Shown here: positions 30,895 through 40,796 of the stretch, piece after piece
Layout of the letters: each line of letters begins with the position of its first letter
Position numbering within the stretch: position 1 is the stretch's first letter
Assembly: GCA_965203315.1 (NCBI GenBank)
Contig: OZ241857.1
Span: forward strand, 352,001-416,000
Reading direction: 5' to 3'
Length of the DNA stretch: 64,000 bases
Origin: Nitrosopumilus sp.
GTDB taxonomy: Archaea; Thermoproteota; Nitrososphaeria; Nitrososphaerales; Nitrosopumilaceae
The notes under the pieces: model-generated
The model's input: only the letters and a program-made list of their open reading frames with translations
Database searches by the model: none
What the model was told of the DNA's origin: nothing
Translations under genes and position numbers: made by a program

Positions 30895-31272
30895 ATGTCA
30901 AAGATGCCATTGGCAAAAAACCACAAAATACTGGCACCACCAGTAGAAGCGAATCCGAACTCTTCTACAATACAAATGGATCGGCGTACTAGTCAAATAC
31001 AGCCTCAATCTAATGACAGTCCTCCATATGTTGCTCCTGAAACCGACATCAATGACTCTGGGTTGGATGACAAAATGACTACCATTCAAGTATCAATCAA
31101 ATCTAAGAAAAAATGGGATTCTTTAAAAAACCACTCTCATGAAACGTATGAAGATATGATTAATCGCTTTATTAGAATAATTGAAGAAGAAGCCAATCTA
31201 ACCGATCAAGATATTAAAGAGATTGAAAGATCATTAGAAAAGATCAAACAAGGCAAGTTTGTTTCTTTATAA
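30895..31272 (+). CDS. Putative antitoxin of RelE pair
   Basis: TTIQVS...LK....ETYEDMINRF...IERSLEKIKQGKFVSL typical of archaeal RelE partners; N-term 60 aa low complexity (alternative start 31075). Confidence 0.7.
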   Translation: MSKMPLAKNHKILAPPVEANPNSSTIQMDRRTSQIQPQSNDSPPYVAPETDINDSGLDDKMTTIQVSIKSKKKWDSLKNHSHETYEDMINRFIRIIEEEANLTDQDIKEIERSLEKIKQGKFVSL

Positions 31273-31282
31273 CCGCACCAAA

Positions 31283-31546
31283 ATGTCTACATATAATGTC
31301 TTTTTAAGTATCGGTGCCAAAAAACAACTAACTAAAATAAAAGATCATAAAGAGCAAATCAAGAAAGAGCTCAAAGATATTGAATATCCTTACTATCATC
31401 TACAACGATTGACTAAATGTTCATGGTATAAAGTGCGTGTAAGAGATTACCGAATAATAAAAGTCATAGAAGACAAACACATACTGTGTGTTTTATTAAT
31501 TGAACATCGTTCAAAAGTATACAAAAAGTTATCTAAACTTTGTTAA
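31283..31546 (+). CDS. RelE/ParE-family toxin
   Basis: YNVFLSIGAKKQL...YKVRVRDYRII...IEHRSKVYK. Confidence 0.85.
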   Translation: MSTYNVFLSIGAKKQLTKIKDHKEQIKKELKDIEYPYYHLQRLTKCSWYKVRVRDYRIIKVIEDKHILCVLLIEHRSKVYKKLSKLC

Positions 31547-31765
31547 TCTAAATTAGTTTGTCCCAGCGTCTATTTCAAACTCCCAAATCAGAACTATACA
31601 TGCTATTGTTTTTTGTACTGATATTCACTACTGCATACTCTTCAATATACCATTCTATCTGTTATGCAACGGAATCGTGAAAGGCTTTAACCTAGAACTA
31701 GTCTGTGTCACTAGAATGATAAATCTTGATCTGATGTGGGATAACAGACGTAATAGAGCAATTCG

Positions 31766-31933
31766 GGTTCTTTTAACTTTTCTGGGGTTAAGATGCAAGT
31801 TATCTCAAGAAATACCTAGTATGCAGCTTGACAGTAATAATCCACAATGGGCGATCTAGACATTTTTTCATAACTAGTGAAGTTTTTAGAGAATGTTGCG
31901 TGAAACCTATCGGCCCGTCAAGTTAAAAGAATC
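31766..31933. mobile_element. MITE family D (IS6-like 14-bp TIR)
   Basis: GGTTCTTTTAACTT...AAGTTAAAAGAATC; related ends at ~24735, ~28822, ~28938 and 45969-46144. Confidence 0.65.
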
Positions 31934-31980
31934 TGGTTTTGACTCACCGTTAATACAAAAATGCTTCCAAATCTAGAAAT

Positions 31981-32271
31981 CTAGTCATTAAACTTTGCAA
32001 AAAATTCTCTAATCTCAGTCGAGTATGCTTCGATCAGGTTCACTATCTCCATATGCTCTTCAGGTGTTGGGTCTCGCTGGTATTTCATCTGGAATCCGCT
32101 GAGTGCCGAACCCACCATCTCACCTACAAAGAATCCACATAAAAAGTCACCAGTGTTATCACAGTTCCATATCTCGCCGATTCGAGGAGATGCGCCAGCT
32201 GTCTTGTATAGATCAAGTGTCTGTCGTACTAGATTGCTCGTCAGTTCTGCAAACTCGGTATCAAGGGTCAT
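31981..32271 (-). CDS. Conserved thaumarchaeal hypothetical protein at the end of the ribosomal cluster
   Basis: 96 aa, 12 bp after L6, GDFLCGFFVGEMVGSAL motif. Confidence 0.75.
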   Translation of the reverse strand: MTLDTEFAELTSNLVRQTLDLYKTAGASPRIGEIWNCDNTGDFLCGFFVGEMVGSALSGFQMKYQRDPTPEEHMEIVNLIEAYSTEIREFFAKFND

Positions 32272-32283
32272 TAGAAATTGTCT

Positions 32284-32832
32284 CTATTCGATTCCCTTCT
32301 TCTTTTCATAAGCATAAATGCCATCTAGAAATACTCTATGATCTTTACCTTTTACCTTGCTGCGTAGTTCGATATTTGCAGCTGTCTGCGTGATATCGGT
32401 CCATACTTCTCCTGTAAGAATAACATCTTCGCCTTTTGGTACGACCTTTGTATTTCCGACGATGTACGTCGTTCTAGGGGCACGCTCTCCTTGAAAGTTC
32501 TCGATTATGATCTTTTTACCATCTACTTTGACAGTTATAGGAAAGTGTGCAAAGACCACCTTCATCTTTATAGTGTATCCTGTTACTAGTCCTTCACAGA
32601 TATTTCGTATTATAGAACGAGCTGTGTGGAGTATTGCATAGTCACGTTTTCGACGAGCTGTGCTCTCTAGTCGAATCTCAGAGTCTGTGATCTGTATATC
32701 CACTGGGATCTTTTTAAAGTTCTTGTGAGTCTTTCCTAGCGGTCCTTCAAAGGTCAACATTCGTCTCTTCATGGATACTCGTACGCCGTCTGGTATTGCC
32801 ACCTTGTCTTGAAACTTTAACTCAATAGACAT
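32284..32832 (-). CDS. rpl6: 50S ribosomal protein L6 (uL6)
   Basis: HFPITV, NFQGERAPR, KDHRVFLDGIY. Confidence 0.96.
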   Translation of the reverse strand: MSIELKFQDKVAIPDGVRVSMKRRMLTFEGPLGKTHKNFKKIPVDIQITDSEIRLESTARRKRDYAILHTARSIIRNICEGLVTGYTIKMKVVFAHFPITVKVDGKKIIIENFQGERAPRTTYIVGNTKVVPKGEDVILTGEVWTDITQTAANIELRSKVKGKDHRVFLDGIYAYEKKKGIE

Positions 32833-33214
32833 AGCCTATCAAAAATCCCCCTATTCCTCTCTGCACTGCATCATGGTGTGACATTACACCTTGATTGGTA
32901 GTGACTAGTAACATTCCACGATTATATGCTGGCAGATACTGTTGCTCCCATCTATTAAACTCGTCTGTCTTTACTTTAAATCTAGGAGATATTGCACCAC
33001 ACTTTGTAATCTTTGCTAGTAGTTTGATCTTGAACTTGCCTCCGCGTTTATCATCTACGTGTTCAAACTCTCCGATATATCCGTCACGTTTTAGTGTCTC
33101 TAGTACATCGACCCCTAGCTTTGATGTGGGCAGTACAACACACTCTCTCTTACGTCTGGCTTCGTTGTTGTATAAAGTAACAAAGAGATTTGCTAATACA
33201 TTACTTGCTGGCAT
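32822..33214 (-). CDS. rps8: 30S ribosomal protein S8 (uS8)
   Basis: GYIGEFEHVDDKRGGK, CGAISPRF, TTNQGVMSH. Confidence 0.97.
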   Translation of the reverse strand: MPASNVLANLFVTLYNNEARRKRECVVLPTSKLGVDVLETLKRDGYIGEFEHVDDKRGGKFKIKLLAKITKCGAISPRFKVKTDEFNRWEQQYLPAYNRGMLLVTTNQGVMSHHDAVQRGIGGFLIGYVY

Positions 33215-33221
33215 TCACATA

Positions 33222-33401
33222 TCACCTATTCTTCCTAAATCCCAGCGATGTCGCTACCTCTCTAAAACATCTTCTACATATCATCAGATCATACTTTTGA
33301 ATCACTGCTGTATAATCGCCACAGCGTTTACACCATCTCGAACCACGACCAAAGTCGTGTTTCTTTCTTCCTGTAAACTCGTACTCTCTGTTTTTGGCCA
33401 T
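33222..33401 (-). CDS. rps14: 30S ribosomal protein S14 (uS14), absent from ORF track
   Basis: Read by eye: MAKNREYEFTGRKKHDFGRGSRWCKRCGDYTAVIQKYDLMICRRCFREVATSLGFRKNR (59 aa, CxxC...CxxC). Confidence 0.96.
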   Translation of the reverse strand: MAKNREYEFTGRKKHDFGRGSRWCKRCGDYTAVIQKYDLMICRRCFREVATSLGFRKNR

Positions 33402-33923
33402 CTATTCTACCTCCACTCCGAACTCGCGTATTAGATAATCCTTTGCTTCTTGACTTGTAATTATATGTGATTTACCTACACTGGCTTTGTGTTTGCTACG
33501 AGTTCTAATGTTATAGCCTGGTCTAGATAGTGCTATCGATACTCCTAGACCGAGAATGCCTATCTGTGGATCATACTTTACGCCAGGAATGTCTATGTGT
33601 TCATGTATTCCAAATGAATAGTTGCCAAAGTTATCAAATGATCTACCTCTCACTTTGTTGCCTTTTGCTTCCAAGAGTCGCTTCAACAGTTCACGTGCAG
33701 CATCTCCACGTACTGTGACTGCAACTCCTATCGGTTCACCCTTGCGTACTCCCCAATCTCGTTGTGAATCTTTTGCGTTACGCTGACAGGGTGTCTTGCC
33801 AGATATCTGAGTTAATGCTTTCTTGGCGATGTTTATGGCATCACCTGATTTACCCACTCCCATATTGAGTACGACCTTTTCTAGTCTGATCTCTTTCATA
33901 CGTGACTCGGTTATCTGCGACAT
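33402..33923 (-). CDS. rpl5: 50S ribosomal protein L5 (uL5)
   Basis: LEKVVLNMGVG, FDNFGNYSFGIHEHIDIPGVKYDP. Confidence 0.97.
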   Translation of the reverse strand: MSQITESRMKEIRLEKVVLNMGVGKSGDAINIAKKALTQISGKTPCQRNAKDSQRDWGVRKGEPIGVAVTVRGDAARELLKRLLEAKGNKVRGRSFDNFGNYSFGIHEHIDIPGVKYDPQIGILGLGVSIALSRPGYNIRTRSKHKASVGKSHIITSQEAKDYLIREFGVEVE

Positions 33924-33925
33924 GG

Positions 33926-34642
33926 TTATCTCAGCTGTATTGCTGCCTCCTCTTTTCCTATGGCCATTATAATGTCAGCCGGAATCTCGATCTCTCTGTC
34001 TTGTAGTTCTAGAATAACTCGCTTTGGCAGGATGAACGTACCTTCCTCTACCGATTTGATCTTACCTATCTGTCCAGCATTGATTCCTCGCGTTACCAAA
34101 CCTTGCTCACCTGTCGCCAATTTTATTACATCTAGTATCTTTTGTTCTGGAACCTCGATCAAACAAGTATCTCCGATATTGACAAGAGTGTCCGATAGTA
34201 TGGAGCGACCATCATGAAATCCGATCTGAGTCTTCCCGCCTCGTATAGTCGTCTTGCTTGTTACTCGAACCAGTTTTTTCGTCTTCTCGCTGTGTGGTAT
34301 TGATATCGGTCTTAGTATCTTGCCATCGATCGGAACCATTCTGTATATCTCGTTGACATTTTCTAGTTCGACCACATCCATCAATCCTATGGAGTGATGC
34401 AGTGATCTTCTCACAACGCCATCGACCTTTACTCGACCAGAGTATATTGCAGCCTTTGCTTCTCGCAGTGTGGTTACTATGTGCAACACATCTCTAAGAA
34501 ATACTGCACTAGGTACCGAGTAATGTTTTTTGTGTGGGCCTGGTCTCGTCGTTACTACAAAGCGTTTATCTTTTCTAGATATTCCCCAAAACAGGGGCGC
34601 CATCTGTCTCTTTAGTTTCTTACTTCCAGAGATACTTACCAT
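33926..34642 (-). CDS. rps4e: 30S ribosomal protein S4e (eS4)
   Basis: LKRQMAP..W, PGPH, KVDGVVR, IGLMDVV, HDGRSI. Confidence 0.96.
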   Translation of the reverse strand: MVSISGSKKLKRQMAPLFWGISRKDKRFVVTTRPGPHKKHYSVPSAVFLRDVLHIVTTLREAKAAIYSGRVKVDGVVRRSLHHSIGLMDVVELENVNEIYRMVPIDGKILRPISIPHSEKTKKLVRVTSKTTIRGGKTQIGFHDGRSILSDTLVNIGDTCLIEVPEQKILDVIKLATGEQGLVTRGINAGQIGKIKSVEEGTFILPKRVILELQDREIEIPADIIMAIGKEEAAIQLR

Positions 34643-35433
34643 TATTTTTCTACACTCCTAGAATCTGCATCTTGTGTATTTTGTACACCTTGTACATCTT
34701 GGGTATTCTCTATATTGTCTAGTTTAGTATCATTGATCTCACTAGTCGTGTTTGTATCATCTGTATCGTCTATACTGTCTGTATCGTTTATATCGTCTGT
34801 CTCATCAATATACTTGATATCCGAGTCTTTTGTATCTCTATAATCTGTCACTTTTGTATCTACCTGCGTGTCAGGTTCGTCGAGTGCAGCAATATCTGCA
34901 TCAATACTCTCAATCTCTCTCGGTTCTTCTACACTCGTATCTACCTGCGAGTCGGATTCGTCGAGTGCAGCAATATCTGCATCAATACTCTCGATCTCTT
35001 TTGTACTGTCATATGTATCATCTAGGACCCAACTAGCTTCATCTGTCTTGCCTCTAGATGTCTTGATCTCCTTGTTGGTCTTTGGATTCTTTCCCTCTAG
35101 TCGAGATATTCTCCAGTCATCCTCTGTATCCAAAGATGTGACTATGACATTTGATGGATGAATCCATACGTCGATCTTGTCTCCTTTGGATTTCTCTTTC
35201 TTGATCCCCTCTATTGCAATACTGTTGTTTAATATAGAGACTTTGGAGACTTTACCATCTACGTCTTTGTATTCTCCTCGTTTAACGATCACGTGGTCTC
35301 CCTCGACTATTCGCACACTTCGTTTACCGTATCTCTTTTGGAGATCTTTGGATAAAGAACTAGCTAGTTGATTACTACGTGTATTGTATGTTGCTCGATA
35401 TATCATTGCGTTGCGCATCTTTGTTGGTTTCAT
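34642..35433 (-). CDS. rpl24: 50S ribosomal protein L24 (uL24) with long acidic C-terminal extension
   Basis: True start MKPTKMRN at 35433; [10 protein letters not shown]...[13 protein letters not shown]; ~140-aa D/E/T-rich tail. Confidence 0.92.
   Translation of the reverse strand: MKPTKMRNAMIYRATYNTRSNQLASSLSKDLQKRYGKRSVRIVEGDHVIVKRGEYKDVDGKVSKVSILNNSIAIEGIKKEKSKGDKIDVWIHPSNVIVTSLDTEDDWRISRLEGKNPKTNKEIKTSRGKTDEASWVLDDTYDSTKEIESIDADIAALDESDSQVDTSVEEPREIESIDADIAALDEPDTQVDTKVTDYRDTKDSDIKYIDETDDINDTDSIDDTDDTNTTSEINDTKLDNIENTQDVQGVQNTQDADSRSVEK
34856..34999. repeat. 63-bp direct repeat, period 81 bp, in rpl24 tail
   Basis: 34856-34918 vs 34937-34999; encodes [14 protein letters not shown](S/P)D(S/T)QVDT twice. 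Confidence 0.85.
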
Positions 35434-35437
35434 TGTA

Positions 35438-35860
35438 TCATACCACCATCGATGCCAGATTTGCAACTCTTGGCCACTTCTCTGAAGCCTCGGCCGCAAC
35501 CGGTCCCTTGATATCTGTTCCTTTAGTCTCCCCTTCAGGAGTAATGAGTACTGCAGCATTGTCCTCAAAGCAGACTCGAACACCATTCAATCTTCGTACT
35601 GCATACTTTTGTCGAACTATGACTGCACCATAGACCTGTTTTCGTAGTTCTGCAGGTCCCTTCTTTACCACAACATTACAATAGTCTCCAACGGCCGCTG
35701 CTGGAAGTCGAGATACACGTGTCTTGTGTCGGGGTACGTTTATGACTTGTAGGATCTTTGCACCCGAGTTGTCAGCACATACTATATTTGCTCCCACTGG
35801 AATCGAACGTGTAACATATGGACGAAACTCTTCTACGCCTTTGCCTGCTTGCTTGGCCAT
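35438..35860 (-). CDS. rpl14: 50S ribosomal protein L14 (uL14)
   Basis: [22 protein letters not shown]. Confidence 0.97.
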   Translation of the reverse strand: MAKQAGKGVEEFRPYVTRSIPVGANIVCADNSGAKILQVINVPRHKTRVSRLPAAAVGDYCNVVVKKGPAELRKQVYGAVIVRQKYAVRRLNGVRVCFEDNAAVLITPEGETKGTDIKGPVAAEASEKWPRVANLASMVV

Positions 35861-36181
35861 CTATCTTTTAACCTCCACAACAACATATGATATAGACTTG
35901 GATATTGGTCTACACTCGGCAGTCAAGACACGATCACCAACATCTACTTTTATGCACGCAGGTACATGTGCATGTATAGTACTCTTTCCTCGTGCATAAC
36001 GCTTAAACTTTGCAAAGTATATTGGAGCATCCTTTTGTAGTGTGATGGTCTGTTTTGCTTTGTTACCTGTGACCTTGCCGTCAAAGAGTTTGCCACGTAT
36101 CGAGACGTGTCCATGGAAAGGACATTTTTTATCATCACAGTCTTTGGTCGGTCTAGTGACGTCTATTCCTATGTCTCTCAT
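35861..36181 (-). CDS. rps17: 30S ribosomal protein S17 (uS17)
   Basis: CDDKKCPFHG, ECRPISKS. Confidence 0.96.
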   Translation of the reverse strand: MRDIGIDVTRPTKDCDDKKCPFHGHVSIRGKLFDGKVTGNKAKQTITLQKDAPIYFAKFKRYARGKSTIHAHVPACIKVDVGDRVLTAECRPISKSISYVVVEVKR

Positions 36182-36441
36182 CTTCTACCAATCCTGTCAA
36201 ATGGCCTCTTTTGAATTTTGACACCAGGTATTGTAACGTCTAGTGTGTCGTTTGTAAACTGTAAGGTGTTGATCGATTTTGGAATACATTTGCAACCCTG
36301 TGTTGTCTCTACTAGTATGGTATTCTTTGTCTCGTGTATGATCGAACCTGTCATGCCGACCATGTCCGAGTTTGTAGATTGCACGACGGTTACAACGAGA
36401 CCGATTAATTCGTGTTGGGTAATGTTGTCGGGTGTGATCAT
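36178..36441 (-). CDS. rnp1: Ribonuclease P protein component 1 (p29/Rpp29)
   Basis: HELIGL.V.V, G.IIHETKNT, IPK, KRP.DR; between L29 and S17. Confidence 0.9.
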   Translation of the reverse strand: MITPDNITQHELIGLVVTVVQSTNSDMVGMTGSIIHETKNTILVETTQGCKCIPKSINTLQFTNDTLDVTIPGVKIQKRPFDRIGRR

Positions 36442-36641
36442 TCTCGTCTCATCTCGTTTAATCGAGTCAACATTCGTGCAATGTCTCGTCTCGTTCGTTT
36501 TATCTTGCCGTTCTCTTTTCGCAGCGTTCCCTTTGCATCGTTGGCGCGAAGTTTTGCAAGCTCACTTCTATGATCTTGAATCTCATCTAGCAAGTCTTTC
36601 TCATTAAACTCGCGAATGGTCTTCATGGATAATCGGCTCAT
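36438..36641 (-). CDS. rpl29: 50S ribosomal protein L29 (uL29)
   Basis: [13 protein letters not shown]; position in cluster. Confidence 0.94.
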   Translation of the reverse strand: MSRLSMKTIREFNEKDLLDEIQDHRSELAKLRANDAKGTLRKENGKIKRTRRDIARMLTRLNEMRRE

Positions 36642-37390
36642 TTCAGTTTAGCCTCCTCCTCTTCGAGCGTCTCCAGATCTTTCATCCTCTCCTCTTCTAG
36701 TGCAATGATCTCAGACTCTGTTCTGGCCATCTTTTCCAATTCTGTCTCATCTCTCATCTTGCCCGTCTTTTTATCTTTCACCTGCTTTGGTTTCTTTGTC
36801 TTCACGGTCATCTCAAACTCTGGTACAAACTTTTCCTTTCTTGCTATGCGTATACGTACTCCGATCATGCCCATAGGTGTGTTGACGTGAGCAATATCTT
36901 CGTCTACTATTACTTCTGCATGATGTCCTGCACGTGGTAGAATCCCAGCTGTATGTTTCTCAAATGCTGAACGATCTCCCCGCAGCTTGCCAGATATTGT
37001 TATCTGAACGCCCATCGCACCACTCTCCATTATCTGTTTTATGGTCCACATGGTGGCTCGTCTAAAGGGGGTTCCTCGTTCAAGATGAGATGACATTCTG
37101 TTGCACATGACGCTGGGCGATAGTTCTGGTTTTGGGATCTCGTTTACTTTGATCTGTGTATTCTTTAACCCAAACTTTTTCTCCAACGTCTCGGTCAACT
37201 CACGGATTCCTGTTCCTTTTTTACCTATTACGATACCTGGTCTGGTTACGTGTAGTACTACTCTGGTTCCGGTAGGTGTCTTGGATATGTCTACCCCAGA
37301 GAAACCTGCCTCTTTGATCTTTTCGCGTAAATGTTCTCGTAGTAACATCATGCTATAGTTATCCTTGATCACGTTCTTTACTACTGCCAT
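36638..37390 (-). CDS. rps3: 30S ribosomal protein S3 (uS3)
   Basis: [26 protein letters not shown]. Confidence 0.97.
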   Translation of the reverse strand: MAVVKNVIKDNYSMMLLREHLREKIKEAGFSGVDISKTPTGTRVVLHVTRPGIVIGKKGTGIRELTETLEKKFGLKNTQIKVNEIPKPELSPSVMCNRMSSHLERGTPFRRATMWTIKQIMESGAMGVQITISGKLRGDRSAFEKHTAGILPRAGHHAEVIVDEDIAHVNTPMGMIGVRIRIARKEKFVPEFEMTVKTKKPKQVKDKKTGKMRDETELEKMARTESEIIALEEERMKDLETLEEEEAKLK

Positions 37391-37849
37391 CTAGACTTCC
37401 CTCGCTACCAACTCGACATGTGTCAATACATTGTTCTTTGGAGTCGCACGCCCAAAGGCACGTGGAATGAAACGCTTTATCTTTACTCCTTTATGTGTTG
37501 TTGCATTTATGATCCGTAGACGAAATGTATCCATGCCTTTATAATCTGCATTCGACTCTAGGCTATTCAATAATATTAGAAATTTTTTAGCAGCCTTTTG
37601 TGGATAACGTCCTGCCATTACACCTGGATCTGATCGATGTCCAACTTGGGTCTTGAACCTCTTGAATGGTACTGCACGCTCTTTTGCGATTATCGCTGAC
37701 ATGTAGTCTCGAGCTCTATCGAGTTCCATGCCTTTGATCGCATGTGCTATCTCACGAGCATGTTTGTGGGATATGTCTACTTCACGCATGGATGCACGGA
37801 CATGAATCGAAGAGTCAAAGTTTTGAAAAGAGTAGTCGTGCTTGCCCAT
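37391..37849 (-). CDS. rpl22: 50S ribosomal protein L22 (uL22)
   Basis: ISHKHAREI, GRYPQKAA, PRAFGRA; start set at ATG MGKHDY. Confidence 0.95.
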   Translation of the reverse strand: MGKHDYSFQNFDSSIHVRASMREVDISHKHAREIAHAIKGMELDRARDYMSAIIAKERAVPFKRFKTQVGHRSDPGVMAGRYPQKAAKKFLILLNSLESNADYKGMDTFRLRIINATTHKGVKIKRFIPRAFGRATPKNNVLTHVELVAREV

Positions 37850-37854
37850 CTTTA

Positions 37855-38250
37855 TCACTTTAGCGGTACGTAGAGACTAGATCTTGACGCGCCTACACCA
37901 GGTGCACCATGTGAGACTCTCTTGTTTGTTATGACATATTCTCCAAGATAATGACCGATCATCTCTGTTTGTATAGTAACCGGGACAAACTCTTTTCCTG
38001 AAAAAACATTTACTGTAACTCCTACCATCTTGGGTAGAATTATTAGATCACGTACGTGTGTCTTTATTGGATTGGTACTCTTGCCTTCCTTTGCTGCTGC
38101 AATCTCTCCGATCAACTTTCGTTTACCATCGGTTATGCCACGAGTCAGTGAGCGACGCTGTCTAGAGTTGAGTATCTCAAAGAGGTTATCATACGACATC
38201 TTTTCCAAGTCTGCCAACGAGACCCCTCTATATGCAAAATCTTTGACCAA
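37855..38250 (-). CDS. rps19: 30S ribosomal protein S19 (uS19)
   Basis: IKTHVRDLIILP, MIGHYLGEY, HGAPGVGASRSS. Confidence 0.97.
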   Translation of the reverse strand: MVKDFAYRGVSLADLEKMSYDNLFEILNSRQRRSLTRGITDGKRKLIGEIAAAKEGKSTNPIKTHVRDLIILPKMVGVTVNVFSGKEFVPVTIQTEMIGHYLGEYVITNKRVSHGAPGVGASRSSLYVPLK

Positions 38251-38293
38251 CTAGAGAACAACCTCCATCTCTGTTAAAATTGTACAGTCCATA

Positions 38294-38557
38294 TTATATC
38301 ATTCCTATCTTTGTTGCGAGGTCTCGCGCCTTATCTGAGCTCTCAAACTTTGCAAAGGCCTTCTTGCCGTATATGGTTCTAGCAGTATTGATCTTGATAG
38401 TCTTTTGGTTGTATAGTGTTTGAATCGCTTGTGCAATCTCTGTCTTGCTTGCTTGACGCTTTACAATGAAACAGATTCTTCCCTCCTCGACTGCCGCAAA
38501 CGTCTTTTCTGTTACATGCGGGCTGATTATTATCTTTGATGCTTGATCTACATTCAT
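38294..38557 (-). CDS. rpl23: 50S ribosomal protein L23 (uL23)
   Basis: PHVTEK, KKAFAKF, ATKIG. Confidence 0.94.
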   Translation of the reverse strand: MNVDQASKIIISPHVTEKTFAAVEEGRICFIVKRQASKTEIAQAIQTLYNQKTIKINTARTIYGKKAFAKFESSDKARDLATKIGMI

Positions 38558-39366
38558 TGTACCATCGCCATTACCTCTAGGTGTGTTGAACGAATCTCTG
38601 CAATATCTTTGATCGCCGACATCGAATATACTACAAGTCGTATAGGATCAGAGCCTGGTGCCAAATCCAACACACTCAGTTCTCTAGCTTTTTTGGCCTC
38701 GACTCCTGGTATCGTGCCTACAGCTTTAGCAATCTCTTTGGAGTCATGTACTACAAACAGAACACTCTTGCCAACCTTTTTTGTTCTGCCACGTAATCTT
38801 GACTGACCGGATCGTCGTTTTCTGGAATCGAGTCGTTGCAGATCTGGCAACAGACCAAGTGACGTGATGATTTGGATCAACTCTTTCGTCTTTGACACTC
38901 TCTCTATATCGTCTGAGACGATCAGGGGTAGTGCTTTTACTTGATCTAGCTTGTGTCCTCTAGACGCTACAATATCGCTAGACTTTGTAGCTGCAATTGC
39001 AGAACATAATGCCAAGATGCGCTCTTTCTTGTTTATCTTTTTGTGTATTACTTTATCTACTATTGGTGGGTGTGCTTGTCTACCGCCACGTGTAGATGCA
39101 ACCTCTGCTCCTTGACCTTGTCTACCGCCTCCGCCACCTAGTGCTCGTGCAACACGAGACTGTCCACGTCCAGTCGGTGGATCATTCGAGTCTGCAGAGA
39201 CATCCATACCAGCTGTTGGGTGTCGACCTTGTGGTTGAAATCGGTGTGAGTTCATGTTGGTGTACACCTTGTGGATCACATCTCGTCTAAAAGGCGTCTC
39301 AAATATTGGTGGTAATTCTATCTGATCTAGTTCTTGGCCTCGGAGATCAAATGTCGCAACTCTCAT
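38554..39366 (-). CDS. rpl4: 50S ribosomal protein L4 (uL4)
   Basis: TGRGQSRV, GGRQAHPP, LAPGSDPIRL. Confidence 0.96.
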   Translation of the reverse strand: MRVATFDLRGQELDQIELPPIFETPFRRDVIHKVYTNMNSHRFQPQGRHPTAGMDVSADSNDPPTGRGQSRVARALGGGGGRQGQGAEVASTRGGRQAHPPIVDKVIHKKINKKERILALCSAIAATKSSDIVASRGHKLDQVKALPLIVSDDIERVSKTKELIQIITSLGLLPDLQRLDSRKRRSGQSRLRGRTKKVGKSVLFVVHDSKEIAKAVGTIPGVEAKKARELSVLDLAPGSDPIRLVVYSMSAIKDIAEIRSTHLEVMAMVQ

Positions 39367-40355
39367 ACTATGACCTCCAATATGTTTGGTTTTGTGATCT
39401 TTGACGGAGCATTTCTTATCTGGCTACGTAACTTTATCAGTCGTTTGTATGTTCCTGGCACAGATCCCTTTAGTATGATATAGTCTCCATTTACAAGACC
39501 AAAGTGTTTGTATCCTCCTTTTGGATTTATCTCCATCTTGCTGTCTTGGGTATTTCCGATCAACATTATTCTCTTGTCATACTCGATTCGTTGATGGAAT
39601 CCCATCTGACCTGCTCGTGGTACAGTATACATTACATATTGTGGCGATATTGGTCCTAGCGAACCCAACTCACGTACAGTCTTTCTAGATTTGTGCTGCT
39701 TCTTTTTTGCGCCATACCTCTGGATGACACCTTGCCATCCCTTGCCTTTTGTGATTGCAGCAACGTCTACGCTCGCACCGGTCTCAAATATCTGATCAAT
39801 TCTGATCTCCTTTCCTAGTAAATCATGTACATGCGCAAACTGTTTTGGAATGTCTCCTCCACTGACTGCTGCCTCAAATACGTATGGCTTTTTCTGTTCT
39901 AGTCCTACTGCACTAGGAGATGTTGCGACTATGGCAAATATTGATACAATCTTTGACATGGATCTCTTTGCTGCATCTAGAGCTCCATCTCTATTCTTTA
40001 ACTTAAACTCTTTTGTAATGTGCTTTGGAATATCTTGGGCATACAGATCAAACTCGGCATGTAGCCCATCATGATCCTTAGAGTAACCACGTACACCTAC
40101 AACCAAGATCGGTGGAGTAACTATAACGGTTCCAAGACTTACGAGTTGCTTACCTGCATTTGGAGTCTTGTCTCGGTCATCTATGCTTACAATTTGGACA
40201 CAACCTGCCTTGAATCCACAGTGTGCTAGGATCTTTGGCTCGTCACTCGATATGGTTGGCCATGCACGTATTCTAGCCTCCATGCTCTTGGCTCTACCTC
40301 GTGGTAGATACGCAAGGCTACCTCTACGCGGTTGACTGTGTTTTCTTGCACCCAT
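39363..40355 (-). CDS. rpl3: 50S ribosomal protein L3 (uL3)
   Basis: PRRGSLAYLPR, TKGKGWQG, PRAGQMGFHQR, KGSVPG. Confidence 0.97.
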   Translation of the reverse strand: MGARKHSQPRRGSLAYLPRGRAKSMEARIRAWPTISSDEPKILAHCGFKAGCVQIVSIDDRDKTPNAGKQLVSLGTVIVTPPILVVGVRGYSKDHDGLHAEFDLYAQDIPKHITKEFKLKNRDGALDAAKRSMSKIVSIFAIVATSPSAVGLEQKKPYVFEAAVSGGDIPKQFAHVHDLLGKEIRIDQIFETGASVDVAAITKGKGWQGVIQRYGAKKKQHKSRKTVRELGSLGPISPQYVMYTVPRAGQMGFHQRIEYDKRIMLIGNTQDSKMEINPKGGYKHFGLVNGDYIILKGSVPGTYKRLIKLRSQIRNAPSKITKPNILEVIV

Positions 40356-40380
40356 TGTTATGACGCGTCATTAGACTCGT

Positions 40381-40388
40381 TATATATA
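40381..40388 (-). promoter_or_regulatory. Putative TATA box of the ribosomal operon
   Basis: TATATATA ~26-33 bp upstream of rpl3 ATG. Confidence 0.5.
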
Positions 40389-40496
40389 GTCATGGAATGT
40401 TTGGTTAATCTCTAAAAATTTGGAGGTTAACCAATATGTGAGATTGTGTGTTGGTGAGTGTTTTATCTTTTGACTGTGTTTCATACCACGATTAGG

Positions 40497-40760
40497 GGAT
40501 CTCTTCGATTTATGTGAGATGGAGTTTTACAGACTCGTCATTGCAAGACTTGAATTATTGAAACGAAATATTCAAACTTTGTATTAAAATGTTAGGTGAT
40601 TAGCCGACTGCGTCCCCTAAATAATAAGGGGGTCCTGACACCAGTGCAAATACTATCCTTGCAAGCATAACATAAACAGTAGCGAAAGGTAGTACCATGT
40701 ACACTGACAAGTGGGCAAGATACAACTCGTTGCTCATGCACGGTTACGAGCATCTAACCA
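40497..40760 (+). pseudogene. IS1595-family transposase remnant preceded by a MITE-B-type end
   Basis: GGATCTCTTCGATTTATG at 40497; ~40631-40760 reads GPDTSANTILASIT*TVAKGSTMYTDKWARYNSLLMHGYEHLT (IS1595 GS.IYTD.W..Y..L...GY.H motif). Confidence 0.78.
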
Positions 40761-40796
40761 AAAGAGCTATTTTTTGTACAAAAAGTGTTATCTAAG

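Noticed and set aside
35434-35586. ORF-track N-terminal extension of rpl24 (314 aa)
   Set aside because: Overlaps rpl14 in another frame; the real start is MKPTKMRN at 35433
38250-38294. rpl2 missing between rpl23 and rps19, and cluster ending after rpl6
   Set aside because: To my knowledge this split arrangement is normal in Nitrosopumilaceae, so it is not a novelty
17921-40355. Apparent abundance of CTAG and GATC in core genes as a clue to the PT or methylation motif
   Set aside because: Impression only; needs a k-mer observed/expected calculation, and abundance would not identify the modified motif
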